DNA of 64,000 nucleotides. Source: Patellaria atrata CBS 101060 (Eukaryota). The position numbers and the translations under genes were made by a program. Of the stretch, positions 50,001-61,280 are shown in pieces. The stretch lies in assembly GCA_010093705.1 (NCBI GenBank), contig MU006094.1, positions 1,401,550 through 1,465,549 on the forward strand, written 5' to 3'. The stretch's first letter is position 1; each line of letters starts with the position of its first letter. The notes below the pieces were generated by a model. That model saw nothing but the letters and a program-made list of their open reading frames with translations. It searched no databases and was not told where the DNA came from.

Positions 50001-51618
50001 TGGGACATATATATTTTCGGCGTAATGATGGGTTATGAATGGGGCATGTTTCTATTCTTTGCATTAGGCATTGCGTACAAGATGGAATGAGCAGATCAAC
50101 GGCGTTGTGTTTGGGGGGGGTGAACTGAGTGTTTGGACACACTGCATGAGCGGACGGCGTACAGACTTGTGGATTAGGATTCGGGGTTTTGATTCTACTG
50201 TGTATTGTATTTGTGGTGGACTGATCAATAAGTCTTCCTGAAGGGCGACCCTCTCAAGACATTAAGAGCATTGTCTATAGTTTCTACACGATGAGGTTAG
50301 GTGTATTGTACAATACAGTATATTTTCAGGACTATCAAATCACGCTATCATGCTTTTACTCTCCAAGTATCTCAATGTGATTCAGCTTCCATATTAAACG
50401 TGGCGGTTGTGAAGGTACTGTCAATTACAATTTACATGTTGTAATATCTCCTGGGCTATTGACTCACATGACTTGATAATACCTCTACAGCCTAAAAGTC
50501 TAGACTCTTGTCGCCCTCGTCGGTAATAACAAGTATATGATTATTAACGAGCCTATTATGATCATCATTGATGGGTTACTAGATTGTAATGATCGAAATA
50601 TAGAACCGATCCCGTCGACACTACGGACAATTTACTTTAATCATCTTCGAGATTTCAGTATCTTCTTGTGTATTAATTTTCACCACTGGACTTTGATGCA
50701 ATATGGACCTTGCCTTCTTCTCATCTCACGAGATTCTCCTCAATTAGCTTTTTTTGCCGTCCCGTTCCTTTCAAGAGATCATATAATTATCCCGTTCGGA
50801 TACGAAATCTTGACCGTGATATTACTGTTGCCATCATAGCTGTCGACACCCTTTATCACATCACCACTTTGCCAGTGGTGAAGCTCTCTACTCCAAGTTT
50901 AGTTTAAGACCAGAAATGTCGTTCCGAACTTGGTGTTAATGCAGAAGGCGCTTCAAATTTAATCTTAACTTCCATATATGCACCACGAACAGGGAATGTC
51001 TCTTTCCAGTGGGCTTGAGGCTATCCTTTCAAGGTTTTGTGGATGAGTGTGTTCTAGAATATGGGAATGGAAAGAGTTGTAAGAGTCCAGTATCATAACA
51101 TTCTGGAACTCTCGAGGGTATATGATAAGCTATAATATAATCAGCCCGAGAGGTAGCTGTATCCAGACGGCTAGGTTAGTGTCTGCGGGCTATGGAGGCG
51201 GATCGAAGATGGTGATAACACAATATCAAGCGCTGCGTGGTTGAATCTTTTTATGTCCAGGGGAGCTCAGCTTTAGGGAAAGCTCTTTCCAGCGTTTCTA
51301 TATTTATGTCTAGTATGCTAAGGTAGTAAGTAACATACAGTTATTCCAAACTCAAGTTGTATTTCATTGGAACCCCCAAAGCCAGAAGAACTAGTCTTTG
51401 ATCTTAGAACAAGAGAAGCCCACCTTCTATCCATGGATTCGGTGATGTCCATGCATTTCACCATTCACACCAGTTCCGCGCGCTATATTATAGATTTCTC
51501 GGGTTTACTCTCTTTCCTTCGCTTCAAAAACTAGTTCTACTTGTACGATTTCTCTTACCAAGTCTCACTGGTTTCGCCGTACTTATAAAACATAACTGGT
51601 AGTATCATTCTGAATAGT

Positions 51619-51668
51619 CTGTATAAAATGACTGGAACTGTAAGAGATCGCTGTATAAAATGACTGGA
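51619..51668 (+). repeat. 18-bp direct repeat CTGTATAAAATGACTGGA (x2)
   Basis: Exact copies at 51619-51636 and 51651-51668 in a long intergenic region. Confidence 0.8.
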
Positions 51669-54600
51669 CTTACAAAGTGATTTGAATGTACAGATTATAC
51701 GAACCGGATGACTACCTAAGATAGTGGCCGTAAATCTATAAATTCATCTGAGTGCTGTCCCTAATTTCCGAACATACTAGTGCATTAATTCATTCATTGA
51801 AAGTTGATGGCCACCATGATCCGAGAGGAAGATAATGGAAAAATTGGCGGAAGTTTGTCTGATCAAGAAGAGCTTACAGGACCGAACTTGTCCGGTGCAG
51901 ACTCCAACGTGTACACAGTACGTTATATGAGGGGGGAACACAGTTATTCGGTAAAACAAGAGAGACTACGTTGATCCCGACATGCCATCTCCTCTTCTTG
52001 CAACCCTTGGTTGCATTTATTCCAAGCGCACTTCGCCGCTTTTCTGTCTATGCTCTAAAACCAATTTCCAACGCTATCTGGTTTTATATGTAGGCGAATA
52101 TCAAGGGTCAGACCCATGTACTACTAACGATAGATCGTTGTAGATGTTTTATTTCCTCTTGTGTTATGTCCTTATCAATCTGGCGCAAACTGGTTCCTTT
52201 TCTATCTGGAGTATCAAACTGAACTGGTGTTTGGATCCCTTTTTACGAGACTTCATCATTTCTAAGGGAGATCGGCATCTTGAACCGAATACCGGTAGTT
52301 GGACGGGTTGCCGTGAACTTTCAGAAAGAAGAGAGAAACATACGTAACATTAAAAATAATTCCAGGTAGACCAACTTGCGCGAGTTCATGCAGAGGTATG
52401 ATAAATCATTCGGTTCAAAAACGAATGTGATCTGTATAGGGGTGGCAGAATCCTGCCATGACGTTGTTTGGAAATCCTTCAGTGTCGCCTACATTTAAAG
52501 AGCACATCGGAGTCGATACTTAGATACCTCTAGCAGTTACTACTGCGCTAAAGGTCGCTATGATATTTGACCAAAATATGAGCGCCGTATGCGATAGAAT
52601 AGACCAAAAAGATCCAGCGCTACTGAATGTGAACTCCAACGATGATTTTAGACGACTTGACCATTGAGACATAGCACAATTCCCCATAGTAGGATAGCTA
52701 TAGCTAGTAGTAAGTCATACAAAGAGTAGCCCCTTAACTTACACCACATAGAGGTTCCAGTCCGCAAGAGGAGTAGCATTACGACGGTCTGTTATTGTTT
52801 GTAGGTAAGTGTACAGTAAGTGAGAGATTTGTGACTGTCACAAAGGGGATGTTGTGTAGTCCTAAACTAGAAAAAATACGAGATGATAATCCTTAAGCTA
52901 TACCTCTGAATGATATAGGAATACTCTAATGTCCTTTTTCTTGTGATAATTCCAATACCCTAGGAACGAGCAAACTATGCATAGATATTGTCTACCAAGA
53001 GAGTCAGACCGTAAGGGAGATTCAGCATGGGATGTCCTCAGATTCCAGGGGTGGAACTTGCTATTGTGCATTATATGCTGAATAGTGGCGCCGCTTAGAC
53101 TACCACATCGCAGCAATTCCAGAGAGAATTTAGGTGATAAGCAGACCGATTAGAGGAAAATCAATGCAATGGACATCCCAATTCCTCATTTTCGTTCATA
53201 TATCCTCGGAATTTGGAGATAATAGGCCTGTTTTTTTTTTTTTTTGTTTTTTACTAAAGTGAGCTCTAGTGTCTGAGCATCGTGCAGAGATAGCCTTAGG
53301 TAGATATGTCTCAACTGTGAGACGTCGATGTTGCCTAGGGACCGTCTTTGCATGGGGTTCTAATACTAAGGCCTGGCACAAAAGTACGAATTGAAGGTGA
53401 GGCCCGGATCAAGCTTACTGTATCTTTTGAAAGGGTGAAGCTCTGTATCGAAAATACTGGCTATGATTCAGCTTTCGGTGCAGAAGTGGCAGACTGTGGA
53501 GCCAATGGAAAGCACTCGGAATAGGAAACTGGGGGCCGCGGCATGTTGTGGAACAACGATATCTTCTCGACGCATACCGTCTGTTATTCCCCTCAATGAA
53601 AATGTACGAGTAATAAAGCATTCACGTACATATGAAGGCACTGATTATTACATTATTTGTTGAAGCGAGATTGGAAGTCGAACTGAGAAATTGAAGCAGC
53701 TATGATATCGGGAAGATGAGAACCAATTTGTAGAATACTGCTAAACATACGGTAAGTCTCAACACATTGCTATTGGTACTGTACAATGTTATGGCCGATT
53801 AAGGAGTTAGATCACTAAGGGATGCGTTCGAACTGGAATCGATCTACGAAGACTTTAGCAATAATTGGTTAAAAAGATGGTAAGGGAGGATTTCTTGCGA
53901 TATGCTTTATAAGTACAGTACAGCACTAATCTGGTGTGTTGCAATGCTCATTGAACGGAACGTTGCGCTGGTAACCGGTGAAGTTCAACCAATAGTCACT
54001 TTCATAATTCGTCTAGATCTGTCGAAGGCCAATAATTGAACGCTCCAATCATTCTAACAATTCTTCTATTTGTTTCAGCCATACGGGAAGTTGAACAGCC
54101 ACAACGATAACAGATACACACCGTGTCGCGATTCACACCGTTGACTGGATTGTGCGGCATCAGAACAGGGTAGATCACTGTACGGGTAGTTTCTGCACGT
54201 GAACGCTCTGGGAAACATAATATGTTATGTGCATTTGACCACACGATAAAAATGAGATGAAGACCATAATCGGTACCCCCGGTTAGAATTCGAATAAAAA
54301 CCGCGCGCGAGGACCGGGATCTATAGGCTGAACGATTGGTTTCTTCCTTCCGAGCTTCGGTAACAACAAATGTTTATACCACCATGTTATCAAATGATTC
54401 CGACGTCCAAATTGGAAGATTTAGGGAATTGGACTGAACAAAGGACATTTTTCCTGAGCTCGATTAGGTAGCTAGAGGACTATCTCGGCGGACAACATGG
54501 TATAGTTAACACTTCGGCGAGAAAGAATGAATCCTAGCCAGAAAGTTCGCTGAAATACATCCCGATGAAGGGCATTCCAGTTTGCATTGGTAGAGATTAA

Positions 54601-56102
54601 TTGATTGCAAGCTATTGCGCTAATTTCCAGGACGAGACGGGTAGGTATCAGCGTTCCAGCGTTCCAGCAGCTCATCGACTCTTCAATTCCTATCTTGGAT
54701 AGAGACTTGGAGTATCTGGATTTCGATGCAGGATGATGGCGAAATCCATGACGGGGCAGCAACGATATCGTACATATGTATCTTCCTTGAGTTTGTTGGC
54801 GGGAATACGGCCAGATGACGAAGGTGGGAAGAAGAAGAGTATGTTTCGGAATCTTTTCTACGAATCTCTTTTTTGAGGCTATGGGTGGTGTGTTAGAAAG
54901 GCTGGTAATGGGTAGGGATAATACGTGATTGCGGCTGCACGCGTTGTAGGTTGTGGCAGGCCGTTATGCATATAGAAACGGGATGGAGGAAATATAAGTG
55001 GTTGTTGAAACCCAAGAATCGAGGTTGAGATTGAAATCTGCCGCTAGAGCGGGCTAGAGAAACTACAAGCAAGCCACGTAGCACTAGAGCCGATCCCCTG
55101 GTTCTATCCCTGACCTAAACTCTGGTTTTATTTCAGAAACGATTTAAACGAAGACGCCAAAGAATAAAACCGCCAGCGCTCCCGTCCCGTCGCCGCTTTA
55201 GAAAGTATTTCCGGCTTCTATACCATCTCCAGTGGCTGGTGACGTCGCGTTCAAGCATGTTGCATGTGGCACAGGGGGTCAGATAGTCCTTACCGAACTC
55301 TTCAACTTCCCTTTATCTTTTGTACCTACAAACGTATACTCATCACTTCGAACCTCTTTCTTCAACCAACATACACTCAATACACTCGGCTCATTATGCA
55401 TCCTAATGTCACTTGGCTAGTCTTCGGCATCCGCTTACAGGGACATATCGTGAGAGTCACCTGGCAATGAATCTCGACCTACTGATAATGGTCTGTCTTC
55501 GCCGCTATATTTATGTCCCCCTTTGCATATTTAGAGGCGTATCATCGCATGGAGATGCACGACAAACCGGAAGATAATATTATGCCCCTGTCTTGTAACT
55601 TTCAAGTGTCCACAATCGGGCAACTGTAACTCCTTGGCAATATTTGTTTGCCTCCAGCATACCCTCAAACAGATGCCTGTGCTACACGCCGCTAATATTT
55701 TGTCCTACTTGTGTCCAGGACGAATTACCGCACGCTTCTCGTTGGTGTACACCACCGCGTTCGGCCTTACTACTGGTGTCTGAGTCTGGTGTCATCGCCT
55801 TTGTGCCGTACGGAAGTCTGGATTCCGGACTATCGGGTGTCTATGTTCCTGAATTAGGCGTGTGTCATGTACTGATAGCACGAATGTGGAGCTTTCCTCT
55901 TGCGACCGTACAGTATGATCGGCGCGGCAAGCTTTCTAGACCATCTCTAGGCCATCTCTAAGCCGTATCGATCCTCTAGTAGGTAGGCTGCTTTCCTTTC
56001 AGCTTTCTCCAGATATCATCTTGATATTCTGAGATTCTTCGTTTCTCAATTAGAGATTCTGATCCCACCGTCACTCGTTTTGTCTTTTGTCTCCAGCACA
56101 TC

Positions 56103-57527
56103 ATGTTCCACAGTTCGCAGACAACAACAGCAGATATCACGCCTGTACGACCAGGCACCCCAGAGAGCGATACTGTACCGAGAACCAATCCATTCGCTAC
56201 ACCATATGCTTCAGTGCCAGGCTCTCGATTTGAGTCGAGAAATGCGTCATCTACCGGTCTGCAGTTGCAGGAGCAGAGATACTTTCATTCAAGGCGTGTA
56301 AAGAAGGGTACAGTGGAGAAACCTTGGACCAAGAAGAAGGACCCAAGAGAGAAATGGGTTACAATAATACCACTCGTTGGACTATTCATCGGCCTGGCAG
56401 TATCGGGTTTCTTGATATGGGATGGTCTGAAAACAGTTGTCAATCACACTTACTGTCCCGTTCTCGAAGAGGACTTCTCTACCGGTATCGATGATCGAAT
56501 CTGGACTAAAGAGGTCGAACTCGGTGGATATGGGTCAGTTGAACATTGTTCATTTTGCCTCGCTATGGATATGCATCTAACCATCTATCACAGTAACGGT
56601 CAATTTGAAATGACAACAAGTGACGAAGAGAATATCTTCGTCAAAGATGGCAACCTCATTATCAAACCGACCCTTCAAGATGAAAGTCTCATCAATCAAG
56701 ACAAATTTGTCATAAACCTCATGGACGACGGTATCTGTTCCTCTGAAAAATGGTACAATTGTATCACCGGAAACAATGCGACAAATGGGACAATCATAAA
56801 CCCGGTTAAGTCAGCTCGCCTTAGTACAAGATCGAGCCGATCAATCAAATATGGTCGAATTGAGGTCGAGGCGAAACTCCCCACCGGAGACTGGCTTTGG
56901 CCGGCTATTTGGATGCTACCGAGGGATGCTGTCTATGGTAGTTGGCCGAAGTCCGGGGAGATTGATATCATGGAATCCCGCGGAAACAACTGGACCTACA
57001 GTCAAGGAGGAAACAACATCGTCAGTAGTACCCTGCACTGGGGTCCGAACGCCGCAAATGATGCCTGGTGGCGCAATAATGTCAAACGAAAGGCACTGCA
57101 TACAACTTACTCCAGCGGATTCCATACATTTGGCCTAGAATGGAGCGAGAAGTATATCTTCACTTACATTGATACTCGGCTGCTTCAAGTCATGTACACG
57201 CACTTCAGCAAACCCCTTTGGGAGTCGGGCAACTTCCCTCTCTCGGACAGTAATGGTACTCGTTTGACTGATCCCTGGAGCCAGAGTGGGCGCCCAGCTA
57301 CCCCCTTTGACGAAGATTTTTATCTCATTATTAATGTTGCCGTTGGAAGCACCAATGGGTGGTTCAAGGATGGCGCCTCTGGAAAGCCTTGGGTCGATAC
57401 GAGCCCAACAGCACGCAAAGACTTTTGGGAGGCTCGCAATCAATGGTACCCCACATGGGAAAAGAATGGCCAGATGGAGATCAGATCCGTGAAGATGTGG
57501 CAGCAAAAAGGCTACAATGGTTGTTAA
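56103..57527 (+). CDS. Type II membrane-anchored GH16 (beta-1,3-glucanase / glucan-binding-protein-like); intron 56534-56593
   Basis: Cytosolic N-terminus with YFHSRR, one TM segment (WVTIIPLVGLFIGLAVSGFLIW), GGYG|NGQFE, KYGRIEVEAKLPTGDWLWPAIWMLP, intact catalytic EIDIME and PFDEDFYLIINVAVG. Confidence 0.92.
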   Translation: MFHSSQTTTADITPVRPGTPESDTVPRTNPFATPYASVPGSRFESRNASSTGLQLQEQRYFHSRRVKKGTVEKPWTKKKDPREKWVTIIPLVGLFIGLAVSGFLIWDGLKTVVNHTYCPVLEEDFSTGIDDRIWTKEVELGGYGSVEHCSFCLAMDMHLTIYHSNGQFEMTTSDEENIFVKDGNLIIKPTLQDESLINQDKFVINLMDDGICSSEKWYNCITGNNATNGTIINPVKSARLSTRSSRSIKYGRIEVEAKLPTGDWLWPAIWMLPRDAVYGSWPKSGEIDIMESRGNNWTYSQGGNNIVSSTLHWGPNAANDAWWRNNVKRKALHTTYSSGFHTFGLEWSEKYIFTYIDTRLLQVMYTHFSKPLWESGNFPLSDSNGTRLTDPWSQSGRPATPFDEDFYLIINVAVGSTNGWFKDGASGKPWVDTSPTARKDFWEARNQWYPTWEKNGQMEIRSVKMWQQKGYNGC

Positions 57528-59202
57528 GTGCTCGAGATCAAACATATATTTCATAATTGGGATACATAGACATGGATTTTTTTCTCGTCGTTAGAGGTAG
57601 GGACTGACATAAACATGGTAATCTGGGCTGAATTCTTAATGATGAATTGTAATATACACACACATGATACCACCTTCGAAACCTACCTTAGATAGCACAT
57701 TAGACGCCTGTCAAGCGTCGAACTCTTTCACTTTACCTTGTCAAAATCTTGAAAACAGTATGAAAGCGTCATGCAGCTTACATTAGGTGGCTAACCGTCT
57801 CCAATCAGAGTCACTCAGAGCGTCAAGCAAGCATAATATTCCTGTCACAAAGCATATCTTGGCAGTATTAACTGCTGCGTATGATACTGTACTGTACAGT
57901 ACGTCGCAGGGGTTGCCGAGAAGTGCTATCTTTACTATTGATATCGGCGTTTAGCTCTAACCTGGCCTTAGGTTTGAGGACAACAACGCCATCCACGGTT
58001 CGCCACCGCCCAAATATAGAAATAAGAATCACAACACGGGATATTAAGAGATGTCAATTGGTGATGCAGTGTGCCAGCATGTTTCCAAACGCGTCAAGCT
58101 CAAGGCAAGATTCAAAGTTCTCAGGTTGATTGTTAATTGTAGTAGTAACAACCCGCTACCATGGTTGACAGTGGGATATGTGATCTAGTTGGGCAGCCGC
58201 GAGTATAGTCCTTCAGTTTTCTGACAATGATGACAATGATGAAGAACTTAAGCTAGACGACGGTTCAAAAGAGACGACATTGGATATAGCGATTGCCTCG
58301 GGTGTTTTACGAGTGCGGTGCACGACACATGAACTTCAAGAGCCCGATTGAGCTACAAATGGCCTTGTTGATTGGCATGTGTTGAGAGACCGACGAAGAG
58401 TGAACAATTTGCCGTACATGTAAACGAAGTGCAACTTCGCAAGGTTGGGTAGAATTGAGTGAGTGGAATCTTTCTAGAACAAATTGAGGCAGGCAGGATG
58501 GAATATTGAATTTCTGCATCGCGACAAGAGAACCATGCCCGAGCAACAAACGTACAGCATCCCCCAGTCGAGGATTGATAGCATATCTTCCCTTGGAGCA
58601 CGGTTCTCAATGTAGATTTCGACCTGACCGTGCCCGTCATATTCTCCCTAAAAAGGGCCACAATCTTGAGCTTGAAACGACTGCGTGGGCGAATTCAATA
58701 CGGTGCGATAACCTGATCTCCAAGGGGGCTCACTCCCAATCTCGGCATGTAGGATGCTTGTACTGCCTGAAGGAGCTATAGATGCGTAGAAGACTGGAAC
58801 TTAAGCGCACGCGGGTTGATCTTCTGGCGGAGTGGCGGTTGAGTGGGAGAGAGAGGGGGGGGTTGGGTAAAGATCATCCATGCAGCATAACGGCGACGCT
58901 AGTCTTGAGAAAGCTCGATTAGTTCGATTAGTTCGATTCGATAAGAGAGAACCGGGAATATACTGTGTAAGGTAGTTATCGTTTTTTCAATAATAATGCA
59001 AGAATATATTCACGATTATAGGGTGTTCCCAGCAGGCTTCCCCACTGTTACATACCGTCCCGCGTCGTTTTTGATGCCGCTTTAATGGACGCGTCGTAGA
59101 ACCTAAAAACACATGAGATGCGGGATGAAGTTTATAAGGTAGAACTAAGTTACCTTATTAGTGGAGTCTGTGGGTGAGATGGATTCCAGATCATCAGATG
59201 CA

Positions 59203-59226
59203 GGAGATGGAGATGGAGATGGAGAT
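59203..59226 (+). repeat. (GGAGAT)4 microsatellite
   Basis: Read directly from the sequence. Confidence 0.8.
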
Positions 59227-61280
59227 TGTAGAACTAAAGGTCTCAAGCACAACACCTCGAAGCTAAACCCATATTATCCTTAGACCGTTCTGAAAATGTG
59301 ACGCCGAGCACGCCTCCCTTGCACATCTCCCGCAGAACCTTTTAGTTTTATCACAACTTCCAACAACCCTCACTACCACGCTCCACCAGGTTTTCCACGC
59401 GAATGAGACCGTTTCACGCGAGAAATGCTCGAATGGAACTGTACGATGCCATTCGTCGACCTGCTAAACGAACCATATGCCTATACGAAGACCAATAATG
59501 CCGCTCCCCATGGCAAGGAGCGCAACGTCGAATCTACTGGAGAGGCTTACGAGTTACTACTAACTTAACGTCTTTAATGGCTTCATAGAGCTCCTGGCTA
59601 TTACTAGAAAGTAGTCCATGACAGATCTGAATATTATCCACCATGACGAGGCTGTTGTCACACTGCCAGCTTGGGCACCGAAACTCTGTGGCCTTCAGTC
59701 TACATGCGCAAGGACCGTGGGTCCACGACAAGGCAATCATCTTCTATACTATCCAGTATTTCCGTTGCTGCATGATATATTGGCCGGAAGAGCTATAGAG
59801 ATATCTTCAGTGTCTATTTACCACCTAAGAGCTAAACCGATTCATAAAGAAGAAAGACCATTTGGCTGGTAAGCACTTCAAGATGTCATCTCTTCGTGAG
59901 TGCTCACGACAAAAATAGAGCGTCCGTGATGCGGTACGATGGCTTCGCTACCAGACCCTCGTCACACCTCGGACATCTCCACCTGTTTCTCTGCTTCTGT
60001 TTCTCTTCGCCAGCATGGCACGAACATGACAAGGCAGAAGCCCAGGTACCCCTGCTGATCTTCCCCCTTGTTTGTCTACTTCCACTCCCATGCCTAACGC
60101 AACTCACGCATATTTACATGCAAGTAGCTCTTCTCGCGAACAAGGTCGTCCTATCTAAGTCTGGACGTACTTTGCAGTTTCGACTCACTTCCTGGCCACC
60201 GCATTGAAGATCACGATTTGAGGATGTGGATTGTGGACGGTCTGTCAGTCCAACCAGACCGTGTCCCTAAGCTACTCACTCTTGAGTAACTGGGCTCATG
60301 CTTAATGGGCGCGGCGTTAGCCACGTCTGAAGATCAATATTCTTGAGATCCGCCCTCACAATAAACCGCATCTCCACCCACGCCACTTCATAGCGAGCTT
60401 GAAAGCCCGGTATAGACGTCAATTCACGTGTGGCGTTGTTGCGTCTGTTGCTAACGTGAGAGACCTTACGCCGTCCCAAAGCGGTAACTATCTTTCCGGA
60501 AAGAGCTCTGGATACGGTATCAGTCTGGTCGTGACGGGACTATCTCCCCAACACATATCGCCCAATACTGACGCTTGCGGCGGGTAACACCACTAAAGAC
60601 CATGCAGATACGGTCTAATTCTCCAGCGGGATACCTGAATCTCCAGGAAATTCTTAGATGCTCTATGAGAGACCGCTAGTCCCAGTTCCTTATGTACCTA
60701 TTCCAGCTTTACGTGTTCAGCTATCCCGATTCCCGGTCTTATTTAGTTATCCAAACTTTTATCATGCTTGTCCAACTTATCCTTTGAAAGCTGTGCTTCG
60801 CTTTACCTCTTCCCCCCCCTCCCCCTCTCTCCATCTGGGCGGTCCTACTTCAGACACAGCTGTACTCTGTTGTAGTACTGCTATCACCTTCGTTCTAGCT
60901 GTTTGTTGTCTTTCTGCTGTGACGCTCAACAATATCATTTGTTGCGTGTCGACAGCATTCACTCGCTGAGTGGGAAAGGTTACCTTTCGTTTCAATTATT
61001 GGTCTACTCTTTTATAGACATCCTCTCGCTGTTTTCTAGATCATTCAAAGTAGTATGTACCCTTGTGCCCATTTTGCTAGGCTAATGTCAATTAATTGAA
61101 CATAGATCACCGGGAGTTACAGTCGTTTATTTGATACCTGACTGTCCTGCTATAGTACTTTGTTACGCTGCTCTTTACCACCCCTCGACAACCAATTTGA
61201 CGACAAAACCCCTTATCACTACTCGGTGGTGCCTAGACCTTGGGGATTTGTCCTCTCATTGGGTGTTGAAAAGGTCCAGG

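Noticed and set aside
50000..56000. Long gene-free interval as a transposon or RIP relic
   Set aside because: No terminal repeats, transposase or RT motifs, or extreme AT richness were seen. Only short repeats and a poly-T tract at about 53230.
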